A DNA stretch of 53,187 nt from sequence record DRR723986_4629, one strand, 5' to 3'. The position numbers and the translations under genes were made by a program. The notes below the pieces were generated by a model. That model was given only the letters and a program-made list of their open reading frames with translations, was not told where the DNA came from and did no database searches. Shown here one piece after another: positions 20,351-31,330 of this stretch. Every line of letters starts with the position of its first letter. Within the stretch, counting starts at the first letter, position 1.

Positions 20351-21341
20351 CGCTTGCTCCTGTTTGCTTTGCAGAGTGCTGCGCAAAGAAAGCATCGCAT
20401 TGCTTGGGCAACCAGTCCAGCCCCAATCGCAAACTGCGTCCGTTCGCAAAACCAACATGACCACCGTGCTCTGTAAACAGACAATTCACTTGCGGGGACA
20501 CTTCATGGGTTGTCGGCAAATGTTGACCACTCATGAAAGGATCGTTTTTCGCGTGAATCATCAGGGTGGGCACCGCAATATGTTTCAACAGTGGCTTGGC
20601 CGATGACACGGCATAATAATGCTCGGCATCCCGGAACCCATGCCAAGGGGCTGTAACCCGGTTGTCGAAATCGAAGAAATCTTTGCAGTTGGCAATGTCC
20701 TCCACGTTTCCCAACTCGGGAAAGCGCTTGACCTTCTCAATTGATTTCGGAATCAAAGTGCTTAAAAACATGCGGGTATAAACCAGATTGAACCCTTTGG
20801 CCAGCGATACCGCACCCGCGAGCAAATCAACTGGTGCACTCACTGACACGGCTGAGCTGACCACCTCCCGAGCCAGCTTTTCCCGCTCTCCCAGCCACTT
20901 CAACAACACATTGCCACCCAGTGAAACACCCGTGACATGCATGAATTCCACTGAAGAAAACTGGCTGCGCAGGCGACGAAGTATCCAGTCCATTTCCTCG
21001 GAATCGCCCGAATGATAGGCGCGCGGCATCCGGTTGTTTTCGCCGGAACACCCCCGAAAGTGGACAACCACACCCAAGGCACCCACCATGCGGGCCTGGT
21101 TCATTACCGCCAGGCTGTAGTGACTGCGCGAGCAACCCTCCAGGCCGTGAAACAGCACCCAAAGCGTGTCGTGCTTTGCCGCTTGTTCCAGGGACTCAGT
21201 AAAATCAAGGTCGATAAAATCACCATCCGGCGTGTTCCAGCGCACACGGTGGTAGTGCACGCTTGGCTTTTCAGCCCAGCGTGCGGCCATAATGGTTTGG
21301 GAATGGCCCTCGGGAAGCCACCAAGGCGGGCGGTACACCAT
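20343..21341 (-). CDS. YheT-family alpha/beta hydrolase
   Basis: GHSQTI, PDGDFIDLD, HGLEG, GVSLGG nucleophile elbow and GGHVGF motifs. Confidence 0.88.
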   Translation of the reverse strand: MVYRPPWWLPEGHSQTIMAARWAEKPSVHYHRVRWNTPDGDFIDLDFTESLEQAAKHDTLWVLFHGLEGCSRSHYSLAVMNQARMVGALGVVVHFRGCSGENNRMPRAYHSGDSEEMDWILRRLRSQFSSVEFMHVTGVSLGGNVLLKWLGEREKLAREVVSSAVSVSAPVDLLAGAVSLAKGFNLVYTRMFLSTLIPKSIEKVKRFPELGNVEDIANCKDFFDFDNRVTAPWHGFRDAEHYYAVSSAKPLLKHIAVPTLMIHAKNDPFMSGQHLPTTHEVSPQVNCLFTEHGGHVGFANGRSLRLGLDWLPKQCDAFFAQHSAKQTGASGG

Positions 21342-21358
21342 ATACTGCCTCGGCCTGA

Positions 21359-21814
21359 TCAGTGCAGCGTGGGCTGCGGATCGAAGTCGGACAGGTCGTC
21401 CTCGACCATTTCTTCTGCATCCATGGCGGGGCTTGCGTGATGCATCACAATTTTCCAGCCATTGGGCCCCTTGTGATACACATTGGTCGCATTCACTTGC
21501 ACGACATGAGGCTCACCCCGAGAGCTGCTCATCATGACTTGCTCAACAATGTTGTGCACCGACACCATCACGCCTTCAACGCGGTGCACAGGCACCACGC
21601 GAATTTGCAAGGCGCCTGCTGAAAGAATTTCTTTCCAAGAGTCGCGTACATCGTGATAGCCCTCTACGCGAGGACCTCCGGGGTGAATACACACCACATG
21701 CTCATCGTCGGCCCAAAGATCCATCAGGGCTTCCAGATCGGCCGCTTCAAGTGCCTCATAAAAGGCTTGCTCAATGTCTTGCGGTGAAGAATGAATGACT
21801 TTGGCTCTGGACAT
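21359..21814 (-). CDS. SnoaL/NTF2-like domain protein
   Basis: AFYEALE..D, CIHPG, ATNVY and WKIVMHHAS motifs. Confidence 0.82.
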   Translation of the reverse strand: MSRAKVIHSSPQDIEQAFYEALEAADLEALMDLWADDEHVVCIHPGGPRVEGYHDVRDSWKEILSAGALQIRVVPVHRVEGVMVSVHNIVEQVMMSSSRGEPHVVQVNATNVYHKGPNGWKIVMHHASPAMDAEEMVEDDLSDFDPQPTLH

Positions 21815-21867
21815 TCAACGCACTCCAATGGGTATTTATGTGTTTTGAATGAGGTTGTTGAGGTGAC

Positions 21868-22722
21868 TCACTGAAACACCACTGTTTTTGATCCGTTCAA
21901 AACCACACGGTGCTCGCAGTGCCATTTCACCGCACGGGCCAACACCATACACTCGGTGTCGCGTCCTCGAGCGGTCAACTCTTCCGGGGTTAAAGAATGG
22001 TCAACGCGAGCCACATCTTGTTCAATGATAGGGCCCTCGTCCAGATCCGAGGTCACGTAGTGTGCTGTAGCACCAATCAACTTGACTCCCCTGTCAAAAG
22101 CTTGCTGGTAAGGTTTGGCCCCCTTGAAGCTGGGCAAGAAACTGTGATGAATGTTGATCACCCGCCCCAGCATGTCGCGGCACAATTCCGGCGACAAAAT
22201 TTGCATGTAGCGGGCCAGCACAACGAGATCGATCTTCTCACGCTCAATGATCTGACGTATTTGCGTTTCCTGAAGCTCTTTGGCTTCGGGTTTCACCGGC
22301 AAGTGATAAAACGGGACACCATATGAGGCCGCAAGCAAAGCAAAATCCTGATGATTAGACACAATGGCCGGTATCTCGCAAGGCAGTTGACCGCTTTTCC
22401 AGCGAAACAGAAGATCGTTCAAACAGTGCCCGAACTTGGACACCATCAGCAACACGCGAGGCTTTACACGGGCATCAAAAAACTGGTATTTCATGGCGAA
22501 CGGCTCTGCCACCTTCGCGAAATTGGACTGCAGTTCGACCTCGGTCAGCTTGCTTTCGGGCGGCAATGAAAAGTGCACCCGCAAGAAGAAAAGATTGGTG
22601 GACTCATCGCCAAATTGAGCAGAGTCAAGAATGTTGCACTGTTGGTCAAACAAAAATTTGCTGACGTTGTACACAATGCCCGTGGTGTCGGGGCAAGAAA
22701 TTGTCAGGATGTAGTCACGCAT
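21868..22722 (-). CDS. purU: Formyltetrahydrofolate deformylase
   Basis: N-terminal ACT domain (CPDTTGIV), LARYMQIL, INIHHSFLP and LDEGPIIEQ motifs. Confidence 0.96.
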   Translation of the reverse strand: MRDYILTISCPDTTGIVYNVSKFLFDQQCNILDSAQFGDESTNLFFLRVHFSLPPESKLTEVELQSNFAKVAEPFAMKYQFFDARVKPRVLLMVSKFGHCLNDLLFRWKSGQLPCEIPAIVSNHQDFALLAASYGVPFYHLPVKPEAKELQETQIRQIIEREKIDLVVLARYMQILSPELCRDMLGRVINIHHSFLPSFKGAKPYQQAFDRGVKLIGATAHYVTSDLDEGPIIEQDVARVDHSLTPEELTARGRDTECMVLARAVKWHCEHRVVLNGSKTVVFQ

Positions 22723-22759
22723 GGTAAGGCCAGAGTGCGTTGAAAATGGGCTTGTAAGA

Positions 22760-23797
22760 TCATACTCCCTGAGAAGCAGGCACCAACTGTTCCAACACCA
22801 TTTTCGGGTCGAGCTTTTTCAGGCAATGGGTGTGGCCCAGTGGGCACTCCCGCTGAAAACAGGGGCTGCACTCCAGATTGAGGTAATACACCTTGGCCTT
22901 GCTGCTTAAGGGCGGCGTGTGGTGTGGGCTGCTGGAACCAAACACCGCGTGCACTTGTACATTCAAGGCAGCAGCCACGTGCATCAAGCCCGAATCATTG
23001 GTCAGCAACTGGCTTGCCGCAGACATCAGGGCCACAGCCTGGGCCAAGCTTGTCTTGCCCGCGAGGCTACAGGCACGTGCTTGTAAATCCAAAGGCAGCA
23101 GGCTGACAATTTCCCCACAAAAAACAGAGTCTTTGGGCCCACCGAACAGCACAGCCTTCTGCAGGGGGTTTCCCAATAAAAACTTGGCGATCACTTCAGC
23201 AAAGTGCTCCGCTGGCCAGCGTTTGGCGGGACCAAACTCAGCGCCCGGCGCAACGGCCAAGAAACCCGGGCGAAGTTCAAACTCGGCACATGCGGCATGG
23301 CGCATACCTGGCTCTACGTGTAAAACCGGGAACTCCAGCACATCGGCGGAGTAATGACCAAGCTGCCCATACCACTCGATCATGGGTGGTTTGGCTTTCT
23401 TGGAAGGCTTGGGCAACGGGTGGGTAAGCACCGCTGTGCGCAGCTCTCCACTGTAGCCTACCCGTTTCGGTATTCGTGCAAACCAGGGTACCAAAGCTGA
23501 TTTCAAGGAATTGGGTAAAATCACCGCCATGTCGAAACCGCGCCCGGCCAGTGAGCCCCCCACCTGCTTGCGCAAGCGCCATTGCAATTTGCCGTGGGAG
23601 AAGGGCTCTACCTGCACAGCACGGACAGCTTCACTGAACTGATATACCGGTGCGGTCACCGGTGGAGCGAGAACATGAATTTCACAGGGTTTGCCGTCAG
23701 CCGACCGCAAAGTATTGTCTTGATGCAAGGCTTGAATCAGCGACAGGCTCATGACCGCATCGCCGATCCAATTGGGGGCAACAATTAAAACCTTCAA
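22760..23797 (-). CDS. waaF: LPS heptosyltransferase II
   Basis: PNWIGDAVM, PGAEFGPAKRWP, NDSGLMH and CSPCFQRECP motifs. TTG start at 23797 overlaps the upstream stop. Confidence 0.92.
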   Translation of the reverse strand: MKVLIVAPNWIGDAVMSLSLIQALHQDNTLRSADGKPCEIHVLAPPVTAPVYQFSEAVRAVQVEPFSHGKLQWRLRKQVGGSLAGRGFDMAVILPNSLKSALVPWFARIPKRVGYSGELRTAVLTHPLPKPSKKAKPPMIEWYGQLGHYSADVLEFPVLHVEPGMRHAACAEFELRPGFLAVAPGAEFGPAKRWPAEHFAEVIAKFLLGNPLQKAVLFGGPKDSVFCGEIVSLLPLDLQARACSLAGKTSLAQAVALMSAASQLLTNDSGLMHVAAALNVQVHAVFGSSSPHHTPPLSSKAKVYYLNLECSPCFQRECPLGHTHCLKKLDPKMVLEQLVPASQGV

Positions 23798-23997
23798 TGT
23801 GAGTGTACTTTTGCACCAGGCTTCAAGGTGTACACCGTGCCACAATAAGGGCAGGTGGCCTTGCCTGTTTTGGTCACGTCCAGATACACCTTGGGATGCG
23901 TATTCCACACCGGCATGGCCGGGTTGGGGCAAAAGGCGGGCAGTTGATCGCCATCCAGCTGCACAGTTTCATGTTTTGCTTTTTTGTCACTGATCAT
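23794..23997 (-). CDS. Small zinc-finger (zf-CHCC) protein
   Basis: CP...W.THPKVYL...CPYCG pattern. Conserved position between ilvE and waaF. Confidence 0.85.
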   Translation of the reverse strand: MISDKKAKHETVQLDGDQLPAFCPNPAMPVWNTHPKVYLDVTKTGKATCPYCGTVYTLKPGAKVHSH

Positions 23998-24003
23998 GAT
24001 GCT

Positions 24004-24924
24004 TCACACCCGGGTCAGCCAATGTTCATATTTTTCATTTCGACCGTACACCACGTCGAAATAACGCTTTTGCAGCTCTTCAGTAATTGGCCCGCGTGTG
24101 CCGGCACCGATGGTTCGGTTGTCCAGCTCGCGCACTGGCGTTACTTCAGCCGCAGTGCCAGTGAAGAAACACTCATCAGCGATGTAAATGTCATCGCGAG
24201 TCAGGCGCTTGCTCTTGACTTCCATGCCCATTTCACGGGCGAGGGAAATAATCGTTGAGCGGGTAATCCCAACCAATGCCGAGGCGATTTCAGGCTCGTA
24301 AATACAACCATCTTTGATTACAAATACGTTTTCACCCGCACCTTCAGCCACAAATCCATCCACATCCAGCAACAGTGCTTCGTCGTAACCATCCTGGACA
24401 GCCTCGGTATTTGCAAGGATCGAGTTGGCATAGGTGGCCGCAAACTTGGCACGCGCCATGGTCACATTCACATGGTGGCGGGCATAAGACGAGGTTTTAA
24501 CCCGAATGCCTTTCTGCAGACCTTCTTCGCCCAAATAAGCGCCCCAAGGCCAGGCCGCAATGGCCACGTGGGTTGCAGCGCCTTTGGGCGACACCCCCAT
24601 TTTCTCGGAGCCATAAAAAGCAATGGGGCGGATGTAGCAGGAGTCAAGATTGTTGGCGCGCACCACTTCACAGCAGGCATCCATGATCTGCTCACGGGTG
24701 TATGGCATGTTCATTCGGTAAATATGGGCTGAATTGAAAAGGCGATCGGTGTGCTCTTTCAACCTGAAAATGGCAGGGCCTTTGTCGGTTTTGTAGGCTC
24801 GCTCGCCTTCAAAGACTGACAAACCATAATGCAAACTGTGAGTGAGCACGTGAATTTGAGCTTCACGCCACGGCACAAGTTTGCCGTCAAACCAGATAAA
24901 GCCTTCGCGATCGGCCATTGACAT
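24004..24924 (-). CDS. ilvE: Branched-chain amino acid aminotransferase
   Basis: HSLHYG.SVFEG, YIRP, EGAGEN, GITR and [10 protein letters not shown] motifs. Start at the ATG at 24924. Confidence 0.96.
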   Translation of the reverse strand: MSMADREGFIWFDGKLVPWREAQIHVLTHSLHYGLSVFEGERAYKTDKGPAIFRLKEHTDRLFNSAHIYRMNMPYTREQIMDACCEVVRANNLDSCYIRPIAFYGSEKMGVSPKGAATHVAIAAWPWGAYLGEEGLQKGIRVKTSSYARHHVNVTMARAKFAATYANSILANTEAVQDGYDEALLLDVDGFVAEGAGENVFVIKDGCIYEPEIASALVGITRSTIISLAREMGMEVKSKRLTRDDIYIADECFFTGTAAEVTPVRELDNRTIGAGTRGPITEELQKRYFDVVYGRNEKYEHWLTRV

Positions 24925-25066
24925 GCTGAATTCTCCGAAATTCCAAGATTTACCAAACCGACATATTCTACAACCCAACAAGCACCGATTTGGGCTTACC
25001 ACGTTGACTCGGTGAAGAATGAACCACTATAGTGCAATCAACCACTCTAAAAAAAGATGTACACCT

Positions 25067-25720
25067 ATGAAGCAATGTCTGGCGAATGCTCAACCCCGTT
25101 GGACGCGTAGAAAACAAGAGCGCCCACAAGAACTACTCGATGCTGCACTCACCATTTTCAGCGAAAAGGGTTTCTCAGGAGCCCGCCTCGAAGACGTGGC
25201 CAAAAGCGCTGGCGTCAGTAAAGGCACGGTTTACCTGTATTACTCCAACAAAGAGGAATTGCTGAAAGCCGTGGTGAAAGAACATGTTTCACCCATCGTG
25301 GAGGAGGCAAAAAGCCTTCTGGAGCCCGAGAAAAGCTCTGCCACGCTGATCAGGGAGGCCATCCACCTGTGGTGGTTGAAATACGGGTCTACCAAACTCA
25401 GCAGCATTACAAAAATCGTACTTTCCGAAGCCAATGCTTTTCCTGAGCTGGCTCGATTTTTCTACGACGAGGTGGTGCGGCCTTGGTGGGACTACCTCGA
25501 ATCAGTGCTCAAACGTGGTATCTCCCGCGGAGAGTTTACCGACATCGACACCGAATACGCCGCCCAAGTGCTCTGTGCACCCTTGGTCACCCTTGGATTG
25601 TGGAAGCGAACCATGGATGGTTGCTGCGGCGTAGAAACCAACCCCATGCGCTACATTGAAGCGCATATTCAAATGGTGCTGAACGGTTTGACCTGCCCGC
25701 ACACAGCGCGTGTTGCATAA
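25067..25720 (+). CDS. TetR/AcrR family transcriptional regulator
   Basis: RRKQERPQELLDAA...GVSKGTVYLYY HTH. Start uncertain (25019 or 25067). Confidence 0.9.
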   Translation: MKQCLANAQPRWTRRKQERPQELLDAALTIFSEKGFSGARLEDVAKSAGVSKGTVYLYYSNKEELLKAVVKEHVSPIVEEAKSLLEPEKSSATLIREAIHLWWLKYGSTKLSSITKIVLSEANAFPELARFFYDEVVRPWWDYLESVLKRGISRGEFTDIDTEYAAQVLCAPLVTLGLWKRTMDGCCGVETNPMRYIEAHIQMVLNGLTCPHTARVA

Positions 25721-25769
25721 AATTTGCTAAAATAGCGAGTTACCCAATTTACCCACGCGAGAACCCGCC

Positions 25770-26438
25770 ATGGACTTCGAGAAAGCCCGCTTCAACATGA
25801 TTGAACAACAAATCCGCCCCTGGAACGTGTTGAACCAGAAGGTGCTAGATTTGCTTGAAATGATCAAACGCGAGAATTTTGTGTGTGCCGGGCTTGAAAA
25901 ACTGGCGTTCACTGATTGTGACCTGCCGATTCGCGTCAATGGCACCGACACGGGCGAGGCCATGTTCAGCCCAAAAATGGAAGCTCGCATTCTTCAGGAT
26001 CTAGAGCTCGGTGTGCATGAAAAGGTTCTGGAAATCGGTACAGGTACGGGTTACATGGCTGCTCTCATGGCGCAACAATGTGCCCACGTCACGACCATAG
26101 AGCTGAATCCGGCCATCGCGGAAATGGCCCGCAACAATTTGAAGAAAAACGGCATTACCCGAGTGAAGGTGATTGAAGGCTGTGGATTTCAGTTGGCCCC
26201 GACACTCGGTCAATTCGACGCGATCGTGCTGTCCGGTGGCTCGCCCATCATGCCCACTGGCTTGCTTGAAGCGGTCAACCCGCTTGGACGCCTGATGGCC
26301 GTGATTGGCCAGGCACCTGCCATGCAACTGGTGCTGGCCCGCAAGTCCCGTGACGGTCAACTGATCACCACACCTTTGTTTGAAACCATGACCAAGGTGT
26401 TGATCAACGCACCCAAAGCCAACGAATTCGTATTCTAA
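25770..26438 (+). CDS. pcm: Protein-L-isoaspartate O-methyltransferase family protein
   Basis: ARFNMIEQQIRPW and VLEIGTGTGY SAM-binding motif. Confidence 0.88.
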   Translation: MDFEKARFNMIEQQIRPWNVLNQKVLDLLEMIKRENFVCAGLEKLAFTDCDLPIRVNGTDTGEAMFSPKMEARILQDLELGVHEKVLEIGTGTGYMAALMAQQCAHVTTIELNPAIAEMARNNLKKNGITRVKVIEGCGFQLAPTLGQFDAIVLSGGSPIMPTGLLEAVNPLGRLMAVIGQAPAMQLVLARKSRDGQLITTPLFETMTKVLINAPKANEFVF

Positions 26439-26451
26439 GGACACGGGACTC

Positions 26452-27864
26452 ATGACCCAGCCCGATCAACCCGTAATCAAACGACGTACATCGGGCTTCA
26501 AACATTGGCTGCTGGGATTGGTGGGCATGCTGGGTTTGGCGATCGCGGGCAACCTGGCTGGGGCCCAAGAAGGCCTGACCACCGATCACTCAAGCCCTCA
26601 AAATCTGCTTGCGCTCTTCAACCTGGCCAAACAGAATGACCCGGCCTTTCGGGCAGCAGCTTCTCAATTGCAGGCTGACCTTGAGACTGAAAATCAGGCA
26701 TTTTCAGCCCTGCTGCCCAACGTCAACTTCGGGGCACGTATTGAGAAACAAGACAACACCTACGATGCGTTTGGCATGTCGATTGACGCCAGCCGCAATC
26801 CCGGCACCTACAGCCTGGTACTCAACCAGGCACTGTTTCGCCCTCAAGCCTGGGAAACCTACAAACAAAGCCAATTAAGCGGAGAAGTTGCCAAGCTCAG
26901 CTTTCAGCAAGCCGAACAAGACCTGGTTTTGCGACTCACTCGCGCTTATTTCGATTTATTGGCCGCGCAAGACGACTTGGCTAGCATTGATGATCAAAAA
27001 GCCGCTATTACCGAGCAGCTGGCCTTGGCGAAAGCCAATTTTGAGGTGGGCAATGCCACTGTGACAGACCAACAAGAGGCTCAGGCACGATTTGACCTGA
27101 CCGTGGCCCAGGAACTGGCCGCGCGCAACCAGCTGGCTCAGCGCAGACTCCAAATCGAAACCATTGTGGGCATGCCTGTCAATGAACTGGCTGCTCTCGC
27201 ACCCTCGACGCAACTCAGCGCCCCTGCGCCAAATACTGCCGAAGCGTGGGCCGAGCAAGCCCGAAACAACAATCTGAGAACCCAGCAAGCGAGGCTCGCC
27301 AGACTCATCGCCCAAGGCGAAAGTAACAAGGCCAAGTATGGCCATTTGCCAACCCTGGACTTGACTGCCCAAATGGTTGAAACCGAGCAGCAGATTTTTG
27401 ATGGCAACAGTGGACGCCCTTTTGACTTGGGTGTGGACAGCACCACCATCGGTCTGGTGATGAATATTCCTATTTTCAGCGGTGGCGCTACCCAAAGTCA
27501 GGTCCGCCAGCAAGCGGCATTGTTGGAAAAAGCGATGAATAATGTAGAACTCGCAAGTAGAAATGCCACACAGGCTGCAAAGTCGGCATTCCTGGGGGTT
27601 CAAACCAGCCTGGCACAGGTGAATGCCCTCGAAACCGCACTGGCCTCAAGTGAACTGGCACTCCGATCCAACAAAACTGCCTATGAAATAGGCATTCGAA
27701 TCAATGTTGATGTCTTGAACGCTCAGCAACAATTCAATGCCACACAGCGTGACCTCTCAAAGGCCAAGTACAGCAGCCTGATCAATATGCTCGAACTGCA
27801 GGCTGTGGCTGGGCAGTTAAACGCGGAATCGCTGAAACAGATCAATCAACTTCTGCTGCAATAA
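26452..27864 (+). CDS. tolC: TolC-family outer membrane channel
   Basis: Signal peptide, A..NDP, YFDLL, GHLPTLDL, PIFSGG and G.R..VDVLNAQ motifs. Confidence 0.9.
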   Translation: MTQPDQPVIKRRTSGFKHWLLGLVGMLGLAIAGNLAGAQEGLTTDHSSPQNLLALFNLAKQNDPAFRAAASQLQADLETENQAFSALLPNVNFGARIEKQDNTYDAFGMSIDASRNPGTYSLVLNQALFRPQAWETYKQSQLSGEVAKLSFQQAEQDLVLRLTRAYFDLLAAQDDLASIDDQKAAITEQLALAKANFEVGNATVTDQQEAQARFDLTVAQELAARNQLAQRRLQIETIVGMPVNELAALAPSTQLSAPAPNTAEAWAEQARNNNLRTQQARLARLIAQGESNKAKYGHLPTLDLTAQMVETEQQIFDGNSGRPFDLGVDSTTIGLVMNIPIFSGGATQSQVRQQAALLEKAMNNVELASRNATQAAKSAFLGVQTSLAQVNALETALASSELALRSNKTAYEIGIRINVDVLNAQQQFNATQRDLSKAKYSSLINMLELQAVAGQLNAESLKQINQLLLQ

Positions 27865-27875
27865 GCGCGCTACCC

Positions 27876-29210
27876 CTAAACGTCATTCAATTGATTGAGC
27901 ACATCGAAGCTGCGCTGAGTTGCCCCACGGTGACTGCGCGCATAGGCAAAGGCCGCTTTCTTCGCCTCGTGATTGCCCTGAAAATCACTCAGATAAAATT
28001 CGCAAGCCGCCAGTAAATTATCAAACCGACGGGCTGCTTTCGCTGACAGTGCATCCTCTGCGGCTTTGGCAAAATTAAAGGTATTCGGCCCCATCCACAC
28101 GGGGCAACCATAAGCGCAAGCCTCAATCAGGTTTTGCCCGCCAAAAGGCAACCACGAGCCCCCCAACAAAGCCAGATCGGCCACGCTGTAATACGCCGGC
28201 ATTTCACCCATGGAGTCGCCCAGCACCAAACGGGCCTGCCCAAAACCTGCCAAGGCAATATTGCTGCCTGCATTGAACGAGGCACTTCGACGTACGGGAC
28301 GGGCCACACCCATCCGCGTGGCTGCCTCTGCCATCAATTCAAACACCTCATCAAACCGCTGAGGGTGGCGCGGTACAATCCACACACTGGCTTTGGGCAT
28401 GCGCTTGAAAAACTGACTTCGGTTCAGGGCATCAAGCAACAAGACCTCTTCACCCTCCCGACTGCTGGCGAACAACACCACCTGCTCTGCCTGCGCAGCC
28501 TCCCGCCAGGTGCGCCCCATGGTGGCCAACTCCGGCTTGAGCGCCACATCAAATTTCAGGTTGCCGCACACCGCATCTACAGGTCGACCAAGTTTCTCGA
28601 ACACAGCAGCATCGGCCCGTGTTTGGACAATCAAGGTGCCAACACTGCGCAAGACAGGTTTGCTCACGAGCCCCAACTGGACCAAGCGCTTTCCAGTGGT
28701 GGGTGATACCCGCGCGTTCAGCACTGCCGTATGAACATTGCACCTGGCTGCTCTCAACAGCAGATTGGGCCACAACTCGGTTTCAACAACCCACAATGAA
28801 TTCGCGCGCACTTGCTTGAATGTTCGCGCAACCAGATGGGGCAAATCGTATGGCAGATAAAAGAACTGAACGCTGTTCAATGCCGAATAAAGCTGTTGGC
28901 AAGTGGCCAAACCCGTGGGTGTGGTGCAGGAAACGGCCCATTCATGCTGAGGATAAACCTTGGCCCAGTGCTGTACCAAAGGGGAAATGGCATGGGCTTC
29001 GCCCACCGAAACAGCATGTACCCAGATTCGCTTTTGACCCGATGGAACCGCCTTGAACTCAGGCAGACTCGCCAGGAACCGCTGCCCCCACCCTCGGCGA
29101 TACTCAGGCTGCCTCACACTGCGTTTGAGCAGATAAAAAGCCAGCACTGGCAGCAGCAGAAAAAGAGTCAGGCTGTAAAGCCACAAAAAGACGCGAGCTC
29201 GCACACTCAA
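27876..29210 (-). CDS. waaA: Kdo transferase
   Basis: WVHAVSVGE, ETELWPN, GNLKFD, PRHPQRF and GGQNLIE motifs. Confidence 0.95.
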   Translation of the reverse strand: MSVRARVFLWLYSLTLFLLLPVLAFYLLKRSVRQPEYRRGWGQRFLASLPEFKAVPSGQKRIWVHAVSVGEAHAISPLVQHWAKVYPQHEWAVSCTTPTGLATCQQLYSALNSVQFFYLPYDLPHLVARTFKQVRANSLWVVETELWPNLLLRAARCNVHTAVLNARVSPTTGKRLVQLGLVSKPVLRSVGTLIVQTRADAAVFEKLGRPVDAVCGNLKFDVALKPELATMGRTWREAAQAEQVVLFASSREGEEVLLLDALNRSQFFKRMPKASVWIVPRHPQRFDEVFELMAEAATRMGVARPVRRSASFNAGSNIALAGFGQARLVLGDSMGEMPAYYSVADLALLGGSWLPFGGQNLIEACAYGCPVWMGPNTFNFAKAAEDALSAKAARRFDNLLAACEFYLSDFQGNHEAKKAAFAYARSHRGATQRSFDVLNQLNDV

Positions 29211-30172
29211 AGTTTATTTCCCCGTAGCAAACGCGTTGCCGCCTCGAACACCTCCCCCACAGCAGGCTCTCGACCTACATCACCCAAACTGATGGCATGA
29301 GGATTAAAGCGCGGCGCAAATCGCCATGCAGGTGTAGCAAAGAACAAAGCAACCATGGGTAAATAATGCGCAGCTGCCAGATGCGTTATACCAGTATCCA
29401 CACCAATGACCAGGCCAGCTCGTTCAAGGCGAAGGCGCAATTCGCCCAAAGCCATGCGAGGCAGTACTTCAACCCGTGTAATGCCGGCCGCAATTTTTTC
29501 CGCCTGCTGGTGTTCCGCTTCACTACCCCAAGGCAGTTTGACTGAATAACCCAGGTCTGAAAATCGATGAGCCAACTCACGCCATTTCACCAGCGGCCAT
29601 TTTTTTTCGTCTCGGGCAGTGGCGTGCAAAAACCAGATCTCGGCTCCGCGGGGAATGGTCGGAAGTACCTTTGGGGGAGTGATGTCGTAGAACACAGGCT
29701 TGCCAAACAAACGGTAGCCCAACAACCCGGCGGCCAACTCCCGAAGACGCTCGACTGCATGGGCCTGCGGATCCCACCCAGCTCGCTTTGAATAAAAAAG
29801 GCAGGCCAGACTTTCCTTCGCATAAGAGAAACCTGGCCCCATCAGCGTGCCCTTTGCAGCGCGGGCCAGTGCTGCACTTTTGATCAACCCCTGCAAATCA
29901 ACAATCGCATCGTATCGTCTGTCCGACAACTGATTTCTGAGCAGCTTCCATTGCTGCCACGTGTGGCGAATTCCCAGCTTGCGCCACTTGCGTAAATTCA
30001 CCGGGACTATTTCGTGAACATGGCGGCTGCCCCGCACCAGATCCGCAAATGGCTCCTCCACCATCCAGTCGATCTGAATGGTGGGATCGTGGGTATGAAT
30101 ATCATTCAAAACCGGCAAGGCATGAATGACATCTCCCATGGAAGTGGTCTTAACAATTAAGATACGCTTCAT
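29207..30172 (-). CDS. waaC: LPS heptosyltransferase I
   Basis: VKTTSMGDVIH, DLQGLIKSA, HAVER and GVDTGITHLA motifs. Confidence 0.93.
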   Translation of the reverse strand: MKRILIVKTTSMGDVIHALPVLNDIHTHDPTIQIDWMVEEPFADLVRGSRHVHEIVPVNLRKWRKLGIRHTWQQWKLLRNQLSDRRYDAIVDLQGLIKSAALARAAKGTLMGPGFSYAKESLACLFYSKRAGWDPQAHAVERLRELAAGLLGYRLFGKPVFYDITPPKVLPTIPRGAEIWFLHATARDEKKWPLVKWRELAHRFSDLGYSVKLPWGSEAEHQQAEKIAAGITRVEVLPRMALGELRLRLERAGLVIGVDTGITHLAAAHYLPMVALFFATPAWRFAPRFNPHAISLGDVGREPAVGEVFEAATRLLRGNKL

Positions 30173-30258
30173 CTAGCGCTTAGGTTGATCGCAACCGCAT
30201 CATTGTAAGCGGCAAGCGAGTAGCCAATCCGAATCCGCTCAGCCAAGGAACGATAAAT

Positions 30259-31065
30259 TTGAACACTGCAGCCAACAACCGCATCGCCCTCTCCGCGGTG
30301 CTGATCACCTTGAATGCCGACAAACAAATAGCTGAAGCCTTGGAAAGCCTGCAATTTTGTGCCGATTTGGTGGTGGTGGACTCCAATAGCACGGATGACA
30401 CAATTGAAATTGCGCAAAAATTCGGTGCACGGGTTGTGCAGCAAGACTGGCTGGGATTTGGTCCACAAAAACAGTTTGCAGTGACACAGGCTACCTATGA
30501 TTGGGTACTGTGCCTGGACGCAGACGAACGAGTAACGCCTGAGCTGGAGCGCAGTATTCGAGCGGTCATGCAACAAGCCGAACAGGGGCTTTTACCAGTG
30601 GATGTTGCCGGATTTGACATGCCCCGCTGTAACTTCTTTTTAGGCCGTTACCTTCGCCATGGCGAGGGTTATCCCGATTATTCACGCCGATTGTTTAACC
30701 GAAAGATGGCCAACTGGAGCAATGACGCAGTCCATGAAAAAGTGGAATGCACAATTCCAGATACACGTTTTGAAAAGCTTGAAGGCGACTTGCTGCACGA
30801 ATCGGCTGAAAGCCTGGAAAGTTACCTGACCAAACAGAACAGATACACCAGTATCCAGGCACAACACCTAGCAGCACACGGAAGATGGCCAGGGCTGGGA
30901 AAACTAATGCTGTCGCCGGTGGTGCGATTCATCAAGTTTTACCTGGTGCGAAAGGGCTTTCTGGATGGCTGGCCCGGGCTGGTTCACATTGCAATTGGGT
31001 GCTTTAACAGTTTTATGAAGTATGCCAAGACGCGGGAGTTGATGCAGCAAAAACGTGAGCGCTGA
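30259..31065 (+). CDS. Glycosyltransferase family 2 (WaaE/KdtX-like LPS core enzyme)
   Basis: VVVDSNSTDDT, WLGFGPQKQFA, LDADE, VHE and GFLDG motifs. Confidence 0.88.
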   Translation: MNTAANNRIALSAVLITLNADKQIAEALESLQFCADLVVVDSNSTDDTIEIAQKFGARVVQQDWLGFGPQKQFAVTQATYDWVLCLDADERVTPELERSIRAVMQQAEQGLLPVDVAGFDMPRCNFFLGRYLRHGEGYPDYSRRLFNRKMANWSNDAVHEKVECTIPDTRFEKLEGDLLHESAESLESYLTKQNRYTSIQAQHLAAHGRWPGLGKLMLSPVVRFIKFYLVRKGFLDGWPGLVHIAIGCFNSFMKYAKTRELMQQKRER

Positions 31066-31330
31066 TTGGCGTGCGGCGTGCGTGATACTAGTCAAGCACC
31101 TGACCCTGCGTAAGCCCCGTTTGCGTGAAGGCCCAAAGGAACGACGCGGGATTATCGCTGATACATCGCCGATGCAGCACAAGCTTGCATGTCGCTTGCG
31201 GCATCCATTGCAGATGGGAGAAGAAACGGCCACAGCCGCGCACATCACCTTGGGCGAGGCGGTTGGGCAAGCTTAGCCAGGTGGGAATTCTTCAGCACGC
31301 GCCCGCATCCAGGCGCAGCGTTGAATCAAG

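Noticed and set aside
31055..31276. 73 aa plus-strand ORF and 60 aa minus-strand ORF (31088-31270) in the spacer
   Set aside because: No clear RBS, atypical composition and no recognisable motif.
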